Below, in pieces: positions 29,819 through 40,296 of a DNA stretch of 64,000 bases; position 1 is the first letter of the stretch; each line of letters begins with the position of its first letter. The DNA is from Candidatus Heteroclostridium caecigallinarum (GTDB lineage Bacteria; Bacillota; Clostridia; Christensenellales; CAG-314). Location: contig CAJFSP010000004.1 of NCBI GenBank assembly GCA_904419725.1, forward strand, positions 1,769 through 65,768, written 5' to 3'. The position numbers and the translations under genes are program-made. The notes below the pieces were generated by a model. That model saw only the letters and a list, made by a program, of their open reading frames with translations, did not search any database and had not been told where the DNA came from.

Positions 29819-30370
29819 GCCGGGGTAGAGAAGCCGCGAGTTGAGTTCCAGCTGCAGGGAGAACAGCCCCGTCTTTCTGTTGACGTACGCCGTGACCCTG
29901 TTGTCGGTTTTGCCGGCATAAGGGAAATCTTCCGTCACGGTAAAGCCGCCGTTTATGAATACGTTTTTGATTTCGCCGTACAGGTCTTCGTTGCCTTTGA
30001 TGTTTTTGCCGCCGTTTATAAGCGGATTGACGTCGGTGGGGCGGGAAGGGGCCAGTTCGTGCAGGTCTATGAGATATCTGACGCCGTTTTCCGTCATGTA
30101 CGCCGCCAGCGCTTTTTTATACGGCGAGTCGGCGCTGTAATTGGGGTCGTCGCCGTCTTCGCGCGCCTTGACCATCCAATGAGTGCTTTTCATGTCGCCG
30201 AGCGCCATGGCGATGACGCCCGCTCCGCGTTCCGCCTCTTTGACGCGCCCCTCGCGGAAGTGCCGGTATGTGTGCGGAGCGCTTATGATTATCGGCAGCG
30301 TGCCGCTTTTTATGACGTAAGGCTCGGGGTGTTCTTCGTCGAAAAAACCGAAATATTTTTTACAGTCCAT
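29729..30370 (-). CDS. N-formylglutamate amidohydrolase-like zinc hydrolase
   Basis: ISAPH...E...IDLH...LQLELN pattern. Confidence 0.65.
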   Translation of the reverse strand: MDCKKYFGFFDEEHPEPYVIKSGTLPIIISAPHTYRHFREGRVKEAERGAGVIAMALGDMKSTHWMVKAREDGDDPNYSADSPYKKALAAYMTENGVRYLIDLHELAPSRPTDVNPLINGGKNIKGNEDLYGEIKNVFINGGFTVTEDFPYAGKTDNRVTAYVNRKTGLFSLQLELNSRLLYPGGEHCRLDDMLKAFGNIVGAIMRHDMKKDG

Positions 30371-31543
30371 TTATTTCACCTTGCCGCGTTCTTCCGTCAT
30401 GACGATATACAGCAGCAGCGCCAGCGCCGCCGCTCCGCTGACGATTTTCCACACGAGCGGCCAGCCCGCGAATATGCTGAAAAACTGCAGCATTTCGGCG
30501 GAAATCAGCAGCGCGAAAACCGACAGGACGGAAAGCAATATTTTTTTGCGGAACAAAAAGGCGCAGTTGCGGCGCACTTTTACGTTCACGCCCAGGTCGT
30601 TTATATCCATCAGACGGCGCAGGCGCCACGGTATGCCCACAAGTTCGTTTGGGTGTTCGGTGAGATATGCTCTCTCCCGCTCGTAACCCGCCGCTTTGCC
30701 GTCAGTCAGATATTCCCGCTCTTTTTCTTTTTCGTCGAACGCCCACACTTTGACGCTTTTTATTCTGCCTTTATATTCGAGATACACGTTGTCGCCTTCG
30801 TTTATGCCCAGTACCGTCATTGCCTGGCCTGTCAGGCGTATGACGTTTTTGTCCTCGTCGTTGTCGCTGGGGCGGAATGTTTTTAACTGCGCTTCCGCCT
30901 TGCCCACGAAAAATCCGCATATGCCGTTGACCAGCCGCGTGAAAAAGCCTTTTACCCTTTCGACGGCGGACAGTTCGCGCCAGGCGGCGGGGTAAATCCG
31001 CAAATTCTGGTTTTTTGTGGTTACCGCGTTTGCTTTTTCGTCAAGAAGCAGAAACTTGCGCACCAGCCTTGACATTTTTATGCCCGTGCCCACGCCGTTT
31101 TTGTCTTCGAGCGACGGGTCGACGGAGACGTCGGACGGCGAAAACACGAAAACTTCGCCGTTGAGTTTGTTGACCAGCGCGAAACGCCGCCCCGGCCACG
31201 ATTTCATTTTGTCAAAGGCGTTCGGCCCGACCGTTATCAGCGGTTGTCTGCGTTTGCTGTAAGCGGTGCGGAAGACTTTGTCAAAACACAGGCACGGCAG
31301 GGCGGTTATTTCCGCTTCGCGCCGTTTGCCGAGAACACCTTCGTGCACTTTTTTGGTGGTGCGGAATGTGCCGCGCAGGGCGTCGTCGTTTACCCGCACG
31401 GCGCAGATATAACCCGCGTCGCCGCTTTGCACCAGCACTCTGTCGTAATTGCCCACGCCCAGCGCTTCGGCGTCGGCTGAACATATTTCCACGCGGTTGC
31501 CTGGGAGCAGCGCGGCGCATTTTTCAGTGAATTCGAACAGCAT
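30371..31543 (-). CDS. Hypothetical protein with double-psi beta-barrel-like repeats and two C-terminal TM helices
   Basis: AEALGVGNYDRV and MTVLGINEGDNVYL resemble CDC48-N/DPBB half-repeats; GAGGTG RBS; TTGACA-17-CATAAT promoter. Confidence 0.55.
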   Translation of the reverse strand: MLFEFTEKCAALLPGNRVEICSADAEALGVGNYDRVLVQSGDAGYICAVRVNDDALRGTFRTTKKVHEGVLGKRREAEITALPCLCFDKVFRTAYSKRRQPLITVGPNAFDKMKSWPGRRFALVNKLNGEVFVFSPSDVSVDPSLEDKNGVGTGIKMSRLVRKFLLLDEKANAVTTKNQNLRIYPAAWRELSAVERVKGFFTRLVNGICGFFVGKAEAQLKTFRPSDNDEDKNVIRLTGQAMTVLGINEGDNVYLEYKGRIKSVKVWAFDEKEKEREYLTDGKAAGYERERAYLTEHPNELVGIPWRLRRLMDINDLGVNVKVRRNCAFLFRKKILLSVLSVFALLISAEMLQFFSIFAGWPLVWKIVSGAAALALLLYIVMTEERGKVK

Positions 31544-31647
31544 TTTTCACCTCGCTTTACATCGGTATTATGACTGATATGTCCGCCGTTGTCAACGGCA
31601 AAAAAAAGCGGCGCTTAGCCGCGCCGCTTTGACTGTAAGGAGGAATC

Positions 31648-32436
31648 TCAATATGCCGTCCAGCCGCCGTCCACGGAGAGTATCGCTCCGTTGACAAAAG
31701 TCGCCGAATCGCTGGAAAGGAACACCGCCGCCGCGGCGATTTCAAGCGGGTCGCCCATTCTGTCCATGGTGCTGGTGCTTTTCTGCATGCGCATAACGCC
31801 TCTTTCGCTAGGCTTCGACAGCCCGATGCCTATGTTTGTCTTTATGCCACCAGGGCAGATGGCATTGCATCTGATGCCCATGTCGCCGTACATTACGGCT
31901 ATGTTTTTGGTCATGCCGACAACCGCGTGTTTCGACGCCGTGTAAGCCAGACCCGCTCTGCCGCCGCATATGCCGCCGACCGACGCGGTGTTGAGAATCA
32001 CGCCGCCTTCGCCCCTGGAAAGAAAATATCGCACCGCTTTGCGGCAGGCGTACATGACGCTGTCGGTATTGATGCGCAGAATTTTATTCCACAATTCGTC
32101 GGAAAGTTCGTCGACGGGAATCATGCCGTCCATGATGCCGGCGTTGTTGAAAAGAATGTCCATCTTGCCGAACTCGCCGATGGCGTAGTCTATCATGGCT
32201 TCGACTTCTTCTTTTTTGGAGACGTCGACTTTGAAAGGTCTGATGTTGTCTTTATATTCGGGAAATTCGCTGCCCAGCGCCGCCACGCTGTCATAATTGA
32301 TGTCGGCCGCCACGACTTTTGCGCCTTCTGTCAGAAAAAGCGCCGCCGACGCTTTGCCTATGCCTGAACCGGCGCCGGTGATAACCGCCACTTTGCCTTT
32401 GAGAACCTGACATTCGCTGTACTTCTTGATATCCAT
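31648..32436 (-). CDS. SDR family oxidoreductase
   Basis: TGAGSGIG, NNAG, YTASK, VDGG. Confidence 0.93.
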   Translation of the reverse strand: MDIKKYSECQVLKGKVAVITGAGSGIGKASAALFLTEGAKVVAADINYDSVAALGSEFPEYKDNIRPFKVDVSKKEEVEAMIDYAIGEFGKMDILFNNAGIMDGMIPVDELSDELWNKILRINTDSVMYACRKAVRYFLSRGEGGVILNTASVGGICGGRAGLAYTASKHAVVGMTKNIAVMYGDMGIRCNAICPGGIKTNIGIGLSKPSERGVMRMQKSTSTMDRMGDPLEIAAAAVFLSSDSATFVNGAILSVDGGWTAY

Positions 32437-32702
32437 GCTGACTACCTCCGTGGATGTTTTGTGGTTTCAACTTATCATATATTTTGTGCCTGAACAAGCA
32501 AAAACAAACAAAACAAAACAATAGTTTTTTTTTAACGGAGATGCGAGTTTTTTTAACGGGAAAGTTTGTTTTTAAACAAACAGACGGGTAAAATAAGGCT
32601 GAAAACGCCGGTTCCGGCGGAAATTCGAGTGATTGTCAGACGAACGGCGGAGAAAGAGCATTGTATCAATTCGGGGTTCCGCTCGCTTGTGGCGGGCTGG
32701 TT

Positions 32703-33065
32703 TTATACGATTGCTACACGCAAGTGTCAATCGCGTCACCGTATGTGAGAGCTGGCGTAAGCAAAAAAAGAGACACTGTGTTTACAGTGCCGTAATGGTG
32801 GTGGGGAGTACAGGGCTCGTAAGGAGCGGAGCGACGGAATACTCGCGCGGTGTTTTGCGTGGCGTTCAGGCAAACGGAGGAGAAAGGGTATTGCTATATC
32901 AAATCGGCATTGCGTTTGCTCGTGGCGGCGCCGACAAGTCGGCTGGCTTATACGATTGCTACACGCAAGTGTCAATCGCGTCACCGCAGGTGAGAGCTGG
33001 CGTAAGCAAAAAAAAGAGACACTGTGTTTACAGTGCCGTAATGGTGGTGGGGAGTACAGGGCTCG
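32703..33065. repeat. Direct repeat including the 3' 21 nt of tRNA-Val and its downstream terminator
   Basis: 32703-32819 vs 32948-33065 nearly identical. Confidence 0.85.
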
Positions 33066-33120
33066 AACCTGTGACCCCCTGCTTGTAAGGCAGATGCTCT
33101 CCCAGCTGAGCTAACTCCCC
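33045..33120 (-). tRNA. tRNA-Val(TAC)
   Basis: 76-nt cloverleaf, CTTACAA anticodon loop, encoded CCA. Confidence 0.96.
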
Positions 33121-33125
33121 GATAA

Positions 33126-33200
33126 TGGTGACCCCTGCGAGAATCGAACTCGCGTTACCGCCGTGAAAGGGCGATGTCTTGACCGCTTGACCAAGGGGCC
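33126..33200 (-). tRNA. tRNA-Glu(TTC)
   Basis: 75-nt cloverleaf, CTTTCAC loop, CCA. Confidence 0.96.
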
Positions 33201-33206
33201 GTTTTG

Positions 33207-33284
33207 TGGTAGCGGCGGTCGGATTCGAACCAACGACCTGCCGGGTATGAACCGGCCGCTATAGACCAACTAAGCTACGCCGCC
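33207..33284 (-). tRNA. tRNA-Met(CAT), elongator type
   Basis: GGCGGCG acceptor, TTCATAC loop, CCA. Confidence 0.9.
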
Positions 33285-33294
33285 ATACAAAAAA

Positions 33295-33371
<77 letters not shown>

Positions 33372-33387
33372 ATATCGATGCTTTGAT

Positions 33388-33416
33388 ATTCTATCAGCAC
33401 GGCGGAGAAATGTCAA
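33388..33416 (-). promoter_or_regulatory. tRNA cluster promoter
   Basis: TTGACA-17-TAGAAT with extended TG. Confidence 0.8.
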
Positions 33417-33543
33417 GTGTTTTTATTCAATAAAATATCCGTCTTCGCCGCCGCGCGTCAGGCAACATAAATTGCGCAAATGCGCTTTTAATCCGCAAAA
33501 ACCGACCGCATAAAAATGTTACCTTGAAGCCCGAGGGTGAACG

Positions 33544-35847
33544 ATGAAAAATTTTTCCGATATATATAAAAGAGAATTTGCCGTCGGAGCGGGGCTGCTC
33601 TCCGCTTTTTTGGCGCTCAGGTTTCTGCCGGACGCGGACTTTGCTTTTTCGCTGTGTTTCGGGCTTTACGCCGCTTCGCTGCTGTGCGGGGCGGGGTTGC
33701 TGCCGTCCGCCGCGGCGTACGGGCTGTCCGGCGCGTTTTTCGGCATGGACGTGTTTTTATACACCGCCGTCAGCCTTATCGTGAGCGTCGCGGTGATGTT
33801 TTTGCTCAAAGCGCTTAAAAAAAACATAAGCAGGCGTTGGGTCGCCGCCGCGCTGTTTCTGGGTCAGATATTTTTTCTGGCGTATAATTCGCCGTCGGCG
33901 GAAGTCATTATCGCCAAAGCCGTCTGCGCTTCTTCGGCGTTTGTGTTTTGCGCCGTGAGTTTTTACGCCATAAAATGCGTGTTTGTAAGGGGGCTTAAAT
34001 ACAGGCTGGACACCGATGAAAAAATCTGCCTCGCCGTTTTCGCCGTGTGTCTGTCGGCGGGGCTGGCGGGCATAAACCCGTGGGGCGTGCCGCTGCTGCG
34101 TTTCGTCGGCGGTTTTGCCGTGCTTATGTCGCTTTACGTTTTCGGCGGATACACCTGCATGATGACGGCGGTGCTGACGGGCGCGGGCGGCGCTTTCGGC
34201 ACGGGCACGCTGACGGATATCGCCGTGTTCGCCCTGTGGGGCGTGGCGGCGTGTTCTTTCAGGCGGGTAAGGCCGCTGTGCGCTTTTTCCGTGCCGCTGA
34301 TTGACCTGATTGTCAAATACGTGTTTGTCGGGCAGACCATTTCCGTGCAGGGCACGGCGGCGCTTGTGGCGGGCTGCGTGGTTTTTCTGCTGGTGCCGAA
34401 GTCGGCCGTCGCCGCGTGGCACGACAAATTCGGGCGCGGCGGCGAGAGTTACGCCGCGCGCAGCATCGTCAGCCGCGCCAAAAACAACATTTCCCGCAAA
34501 CTGTACGACCTGTCGGAAGTGTTTTTTGAAATGAAACTGGGTTTTCAGGGCATGGTCAAGGGGGTGCTGCCCAGAGAACAGGCCAAGGTTATGCTCGCCA
34601 AAGAAGTGTCGGAAACGGTGTGCAAAGACTGCGCCGAACGCACGGCGTGCTGGCGCGTCAACATGGAAAAGACGGAAAAGGCCTTTATAAACATGACGGA
34701 CGGCGCGCTTGACAGGGGCAAGGCCACCGTGCTGGATTTGCCCAACGCCATGACGCAGAAGTGCAAAAGGCTGCCCGCCGTGCTTTCAGGCGTCAACCAG
34801 GCGGTGGAGAGATACAAAAACTATTATACCGTGGCGACAAACAACGACAACAGCCGCCTGCTTATAGGCGAACAGCTGGGCGGCGTCGCCAACATCATGA
34901 AAAATCTTTCGGAGCAGGCAAAGGAAAGTTCGTCTTTCGACAGGGAGAAAGAAGCGGCTCTGTTCGAGGAACTGACAAGGGGCGGCGTCCTCATAAAAGA
35001 AGCGGTGGTGGCCAGCGGGAAGGACGGTTTTTGCGTGACCGTCGTGGTGGAAAGCGACGCCGGCAAGACCAAACCGGTGGGCGGCATGGTCAGCCGCGTA
35101 TGCGGCGTGAGAATGATGCTGACCGAAACGCTGGCGACGCGCAGCAAAAACTGGGTTGTGATGACGTTTTTGCCGGCGCCGCGTTTCGACGTGGTGTTCG
35201 GTTTCTCCGCCGCGAAAAAGAGCGGCAGCGAGATTTCGGGCGATACGCACACTTTTTTGCGCATAGACGAGCACCGTTTTCTCATCGGGCTGTGCGACGG
35301 CATGGGCAGCGGCGTCAGCGCCGAAAAAGCCAGCGGCACCGCCATTTCTCTGATAGAAAATTTTTACAAGGCTGGTTTTGACAATGAAACCATTCTGACC
35401 AACGTCAACCGCCTGCTTACGCTGTCGCAGGACGAGACATTCACGGCGGTGGACATTGCCGTGGTGGATCTGGGCGCCGGCATATGCGACTTTATCAAAA
35501 TAGGCGCGCCGTGCGGTTTCGTCAAAAGCGGCGGAAACGTGGAGATAATTTCGGCGGGCTCGCTGCCGCTGGGCGTGCTGGAAGAAATGAAACCCTGCGT
35601 CACCAAAAAGGCGCTGGCGGACGGCGACATAATCGTTATGGCGAGCGACGGCGTGACCGACGCCTTTGCCACAAAAGAACGGATGGCGGCGGAAATCAAC
35701 GAAACCGTCTTCAAGACCCCGCAGGAAACGGCGGACATTCTGCTTAAAGCGGCGGTGGACGCCTGCGGCGGCGAAACGAAAGACGACATGACCGTCATCG
35801 TGGCGAAAATTTTTGAAACGGACGCCGGGCGCGGCGCCGCGGGTTGA
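33544..35847 (+). CDS. spoIIE: Stage II sporulation protein E (PP2C phosphatase)
   Basis: Multi-TM N-terminus, CKDC...CW, SGD, DGMGSG, SDG, DD; spoIIE-tilS-hpt synteny. Confidence 0.88.
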   Translation: MKNFSDIYKREFAVGAGLLSAFLALRFLPDADFAFSLCFGLYAASLLCGAGLLPSAAAYGLSGAFFGMDVFLYTAVSLIVSVAVMFLLKALKKNISRRWVAAALFLGQIFFLAYNSPSAEVIIAKAVCASSAFVFCAVSFYAIKCVFVRGLKYRLDTDEKICLAVFAVCLSAGLAGINPWGVPLLRFVGGFAVLMSLYVFGGYTCMMTAVLTGAGGAFGTGTLTDIAVFALWGVAACSFRRVRPLCAFSVPLIDLIVKYVFVGQTISVQGTAALVAGCVVFLLVPKSAVAAWHDKFGRGGESYAARSIVSRAKNNISRKLYDLSEVFFEMKLGFQGMVKGVLPREQAKVMLAKEVSETVCKDCAERTACWRVNMEKTEKAFINMTDGALDRGKATVLDLPNAMTQKCKRLPAVLSGVNQAVERYKNYYTVATNNDNSRLLIGEQLGGVANIMKNLSEQAKESSSFDREKEAALFEELTRGGVLIKEAVVASGKDGFCVTVVVESDAGKTKPVGGMVSRVCGVRMMLTETLATRSKNWVVMTFLPAPRFDVVFGFSAAKKSGSEISGDTHTFLRIDEHRFLIGLCDGMGSGVSAEKASGTAISLIENFYKAGFDNETILTNVNRLLTLSQDETFTAVDIAVVDLGAGICDFIKIGAPCGFVKSGGNVEIISAGSLPLGVLEEMKPCVTKKALADGDIIVMASDGVTDAFATKERMAAEINETVFKTPQETADILLKAAVDACGGETKDDMTVIVAKIFETDAGRGAAG

Positions 35848-35944
35848 AAGGACGGAGCGGATTTACCGAAAATTAAAGGCACGGCTTTGCCGTGTTTTTT
35901 GTTTTGTGTTGAAAAGATGCGGCGGTTTGTGTTAAACTATATTT

Positions 35945-37222
35945 ATGCTTACGGATTTTCTCAAAGGCAAAAGGGTGGCGGCCGCCGTCAGCGGCGGCGT
36001 GGATTCCGTCGTGCTGCTGGACAAGTTGGCGCGCGCCCGTAAAGAACTTGATATAGAACTTATGGTGATTAACGTGGAGCACGGCATAAGGGCGGAGAGC
36101 AAAGCCGACAGTCTGTTCGTCAAAGAACTGGCGGCAGGTTACGGCGTGCCGTTTTTCTGCTTCGAGGTGGATTCGCCGTCTTTTGCCAAAGCCAACAAAC
36201 TGTCGGAAGAAACCGCCGCCAGAATTTTGCGTTACAGGGCGTTTGAGAAGTTTGACGGCTGCGACGTAATCGCCCTGGCGCACCATATGTCCGACCAGGC
36301 GGAAAGCATACTCATGCATATTCTGCGTGGCAGCGGCACGTCTGGCGCGGCGGGCATGAAGGCTGTGAGCGGAAGGTACGTCCGCCCGCTGCTGGACACG
36401 CCAAAGGCGGAAATAGACGCTTACGCCGCCGGGCGCGGGCTTAAATTCGTGGTGGACAAGACAAATTTCGAAAACGACAAAACAAGAAACTTTCTGCGCA
36501 ACGTGGTGTTTCCCGAACTCAATAAGATAAACGCCAGGGCGGCGGAAAACATCTGCCGTTTCGGCGGGCATGTGCGCGCCGACGTGGAATTTCTGGACGG
36601 TCTTGCGGCGGCAATCCCCATGGAGAAAGAGAGCGGGCGAGCGACTTTTTGTTGCGACGCCGAAACCGCGTCGTCGCCGCTGTTCGCCAGGCTGGTGTTC
36701 AGGGCGGCGGCAAGCCTGGGCGTTTTCGCCGACGTGGAGAGCAGGCATATAGAAGACCTTAAAAGACTGGCGCTTTTCGGCGCAACGGGAGCGTCGCTCG
36801 ACCTGCCGCACGGCATGAGGGCTGTCAAGGAATACGGCAAACTGACTTTCATAAGGGGCGCGGCGGAGAAATACGGCGGAGAAGTGGCTTTCGCCGCCGG
36901 CGAAACTGTTTTCGACGGCAAAAAAGTGGTTGTTACGCCGGGCAGAAACGGCGGGTTGTATTTCGACGGCGGTAAACTGCCGCCCGGCTGCGTAATCCGC
37001 CACAGAAGAGAGGGCGACGTGTTTGCCAAATTCGGCGGCGGCGCGAAAAAACTCAAAGACTATCTCATTGACAAAAAAATTCCCGCCCGCGAGAGAGACG
37101 GGCTGACGCTGGTGGCGAAGGGCAAAGAAGTGTATATTATATGCGGCGTGGAAATCAGCCGCAAAATCAAGGTGGACAAAAACAGCGAAAGCGTTTATAG
37201 TATTGTCGTTAATCAGCTGTGA
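35945..37222 (+). CDS. tilS: tRNA(Ile)-lysidine synthetase
   Basis: SGGVDS, AR..RY, AHH..DQAE, RPLL, RN.LR. Confidence 0.94.
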   Translation: MLTDFLKGKRVAAAVSGGVDSVVLLDKLARARKELDIELMVINVEHGIRAESKADSLFVKELAAGYGVPFFCFEVDSPSFAKANKLSEETAARILRYRAFEKFDGCDVIALAHHMSDQAESILMHILRGSGTSGAAGMKAVSGRYVRPLLDTPKAEIDAYAAGRGLKFVVDKTNFENDKTRNFLRNVVFPELNKINARAAENICRFGGHVRADVEFLDGLAAAIPMEKESGRATFCCDAETASSPLFARLVFRAAASLGVFADVESRHIEDLKRLALFGATGASLDLPHGMRAVKEYGKLTFIRGAAEKYGGEVAFAAGETVFDGKKVVVTPGRNGGLYFDGGKLPPGCVIRHRREGDVFAKFGGGAKKLKDYLIDKKIPARERDGLTLVAKGKEVYIICGVEISRKIKVDKNSESVYSIVVNQL

Positions 37223-37229
37223 GGTAAAA

Positions 37230-37775
37230 ATGAAAACACACGAGAACATAGAAAAAGTGCTTATAACCAAAGAAGAAATTGCCGAAAAAGTCAAAGAGAC
37301 GGCGGAAAAACTTTCGGCGGATTACAAGGACAAAAATCCGCTTATGATATGCGTGCTCAAAGGGGCGGCGGTGTTTTTCGCCGACCTGACCAGAGCCATG
37401 GACATCGACGTGGAAACCGACTTTATGGCTATTTCGAGTTATGGCGGCGGCACCAAGAGCAGCGGGCAAATCAGACTGATCAAAGACGTGTCGATAAACC
37501 TTGTGGGCAGGGACGTGGTGATTGTGGAAGACATAGTCGACAGCGGCAACACGCTGAAAAACCTCAAAACCCTGCTGGACGCAAGGGGCGCCAGAAGCGT
37601 GGCGGCGTGCTGTCTTCTGAGCAAACCGAGCCGCAGAACCTGCGACGTCGGCGTGGAATACGTCTGTTTCGAGGTGCCTGACGAGTTTGTGGTGGGTTAC
37701 GGGCTGGATTACGCCGAAAAATACAGAAACCTCGACAGCGTGTGCGTGCTTCGCAAAGAGGCGATAAAGAGCTGA
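37230..37775 (+). CDS. hpt: Hypoxanthine phosphoribosyltransferase
   Basis: VLKG, VEDIVDSG, FVVGYGLDY. Confidence 0.96.
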   Translation: MKTHENIEKVLITKEEIAEKVKETAEKLSADYKDKNPLMICVLKGAAVFFADLTRAMDIDVETDFMAISSYGGGTKSSGQIRLIKDVSINLVGRDVVIVEDIVDSGNTLKNLKTLLDARGARSVAACCLLSKPSRRTCDVGVEYVCFEVPDEFVVGYGLDYAEKYRNLDSVCVLRKEAIKS

Positions 37776-37842
37776 ACGGCGGGCAAATTAGTTATTTACA
37801 ATTTTCGCCGTGTTTGATATAATCAAAAGACGAGGTTTGAAT

Positions 37843-38805
37843 ATGATTACCAGCATCAAGGCGGTCGTTACCGACAGCACGGAGCCGTTTCACAACATCG
37901 CGTTGGAGTCGAGGCTTCTGGACGTGTGCGACGGGCACACCGTGTACATGTATCTGTGGCGCAACGACAAGACAGTGGTTATCGGCAAATTTCAAAACGC
38001 TTTTCAGGAGTGCGACATTGACCGTCTGCAAAGCGTCGGCGGCACTCTGGTGCGCAGGCTTACGGGCGGCGGCGCAGTGTATCACGACGTCAACAACCTG
38101 AACTTTTCTTTCGTGGCGCATAAAGACAATTATGACAAGGCCAGGCAGCAGGCGGTGATTCTCCGCGCCGTGCGCAGGCTGGGCATAAAAGCCGAGGTCA
38201 GCGGCAGAAACGACATCACTGTGGACGGCAAAAAATTTTCAGGCAACTCGTTTCTGACGCGCGGCGACGTTACGCTGCACAACGGCACCATCATGATCGA
38301 TACCGACAAGGACATGATGTCAAAATGCCTGACGGTGTCGAAAGACAAAATGCAGTCCAAAGGCGTGGCGTCGGTCAGGAGCAGAACGGTAAACCTCAGG
38401 CAGTACGACAAGACGCTCACGACGGGCAAAATGGCGCTGGAACTGCTGAGAGCGTTCGGCGACGTGTACGAACTGCCCGTGCAACTCATTAAAGAAGACG
38501 AACTCGGCTCCGCCGAGATTGAAAAAATAAAGACCGACGTGTTTATGAACGACGCTTTCCGTTTCGGAACCAATCCGTCGTTTACGGACACGGTGAGCGG
38601 CAGATTCGCCTGGGGCGGCGTGGAAGTACGCTATTCTTCGGAAGGTGGCGTCATCACAAACGCGGAAGTGTTTTCCGACGCGCTGGACACCGAGGCGATT
38701 GACGCTTTGCGCGCCTATCTGCCGGGCAAAGATATAAACACGCTCAAAAAAATCAAGCCTGACGAAAACAACAAAATTTTAACCGACACAGTCGGCTTGT
38801 TTTGA
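37843..38805 (+). CDS. lplA: Lipoate-protein ligase A
   Basis: VIGKFQN, RRLTGGGAVYHD, GRND, KFSG, SVRSR. Confidence 0.92.
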   Translation: MITSIKAVVTDSTEPFHNIALESRLLDVCDGHTVYMYLWRNDKTVVIGKFQNAFQECDIDRLQSVGGTLVRRLTGGGAVYHDVNNLNFSFVAHKDNYDKARQQAVILRAVRRLGIKAEVSGRNDITVDGKKFSGNSFLTRGDVTLHNGTIMIDTDKDMMSKCLTVSKDKMQSKGVASVRSRTVNLRQYDKTLTTGKMALELLRAFGDVYELPVQLIKEDELGSAEIEKIKTDVFMNDAFRFGTNPSFTDTVSGRFAWGGVEVRYSSEGGVITNAEVFSDALDTEAIDALRAYLPGKDINTLKKIKPDENNKILTDTVGLF

Positions 38806-38822
38806 TATCAAGGAGGAACATT

Positions 38823-40220
38823 ATGAGTCAATTTGATTTGATTGTCATCGGCGCCGGTCCTGGCGGATACGTCGCCGCCATCAGGGCAGCGCAGTACGGC
38901 ATGAAAGTCGCCGTGGTGGAAAGAAACACCGTGGGCGGCACCTGCCTTAACAGAGGCTGCATACCTACCAAAGCGCTTTTGCACGCCGGCGAAGTTCTTG
39001 ACGAAATGAGAGAAGCGTCGAAACTCGGCCTCAGCTGCGGCGAAGTGTCTTACGACATGGAAGCCGTGTATAAACGCAGGGACGACGTGGTCAAAAAACT
39101 GCGCGGCGGCGTTGAAATGCTCTTCAAGTCTTACGGGGTAACCCTGTACCGCGGGCACGGCAGTTTTGTCGACAAAAACACCGTGTGCGTCACGAGCGAC
39201 AGCGGCGAAGAAAACATCTCCGCCAAATACATCATCATCGCCGTCGGCAGCGAAGTCAGAAACCCGCACTTCCCGGGCATCGAACTTGCCATGGACAGCG
39301 ACGATATTCTGGAAAAGCACCTTGAAATTCCGCAGAACGTCGCCATAGCCGGCGCCAGCGTAATCGGCGTGGAATTCGCTACCATTATGCGCAGTTTCGG
39401 CAAAAACGTGACGATAATCGCCACCCGTGACCATCTGATTCCTAAAACCGACAGAGACCTCGGCATTCAGCTCGGCACGACGATGAAACGCAAGGGCATC
39501 AAAATTCTCTACAAGTCCAGAATGAAAGAAGTGCAGAAAATCGACGGCGGCGTGAGAGTGTTCTTCACCACTCCTGACGGCGTTGATTCCATCGACACCG
39601 AAATGCTCATCGCCTGCATCGGCCGCAGCCCGTATCTCGAAGGCCTCAAACCTGAAAATGCCGGCGTTGAAGTCAAAGACGGCAAAATCGTTGTGGACGA
39701 CAACCTCAAAACTTCCGCCGACAACATTTACGCCATCGGCGACTGCCTTGGCGGCGAAATCCAGCTGGCTCACTGGGCGTCGGCTCAGGGCTGCAACGTC
39801 GTGGCGGACATCTGCGGCAAAGAAAGACCTTACAATCTTGCCGCCTGCCCTGCGTGCATCTATACTTCGCCTGAAATCGCCAACGTGGGTCTCACCGAAG
39901 AAGAATGCGCCGAAAAAGGCATCGAAGTGGAAGTCGGCAAATACAACATGGCCGGCAACGGCAAATCCATGATTGTAAACCAGGGCGGTTTCATCAAAGT
40001 GCTGTTTGAAAAAGGCACCGAAAAAATGCTGGGCGCCGCGCTCTTCTGCAACAGAGCCACCGACATTGTGGGCGAACTTGCCGTGTGCGTCGCCACCGGC
40101 ATGACGAGAGAAGAATTCCTCAAGACCATACATCCGCACCCGACCGTTGTGGAAGGCGTTATGGAAGCGGTGGAAGCCAGCGAGGGCATGTCCATTCACT
40201 CGGCAAAAGTCGTCAGATAA
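38823..40220 (+). CDS. lpdA: Dihydrolipoamide dehydrogenase
   Basis: GAGPGGY, GGTCLNRGCIPTK, QLAH, HPT..E. Confidence 0.9.
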   Translation: MSQFDLIVIGAGPGGYVAAIRAAQYGMKVAVVERNTVGGTCLNRGCIPTKALLHAGEVLDEMREASKLGLSCGEVSYDMEAVYKRRDDVVKKLRGGVEMLFKSYGVTLYRGHGSFVDKNTVCVTSDSGEENISAKYIIIAVGSEVRNPHFPGIELAMDSDDILEKHLEIPQNVAIAGASVIGVEFATIMRSFGKNVTIIATRDHLIPKTDRDLGIQLGTTMKRKGIKILYKSRMKEVQKIDGGVRVFFTTPDGVDSIDTEMLIACIGRSPYLEGLKPENAGVEVKDGKIVVDDNLKTSADNIYAIGDCLGGEIQLAHWASAQGCNVVADICGKERPYNLAACPACIYTSPEIANVGLTEEECAEKGIEVEVGKYNMAGNGKSMIVNQGGFIKVLFEKGTEKMLGAALFCNRATDIVGELAVCVATGMTREEFLKTIHPHPTVVEGVMEAVEASEGMSIHSAKVVR

Positions 40221-40296
40221 CTTGACTTGTAAACTTCTTTGCAATATAATTTAATTAACAAAACTTTAAGGCGTAGAGCCTTAACGGAGGTTTCTT

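Noticed and set aside
37230-37843. Absence of ftsH after tilS-hpt
   Set aside because: A simple synteny break; ftsH may lie elsewhere and no scar is visible.
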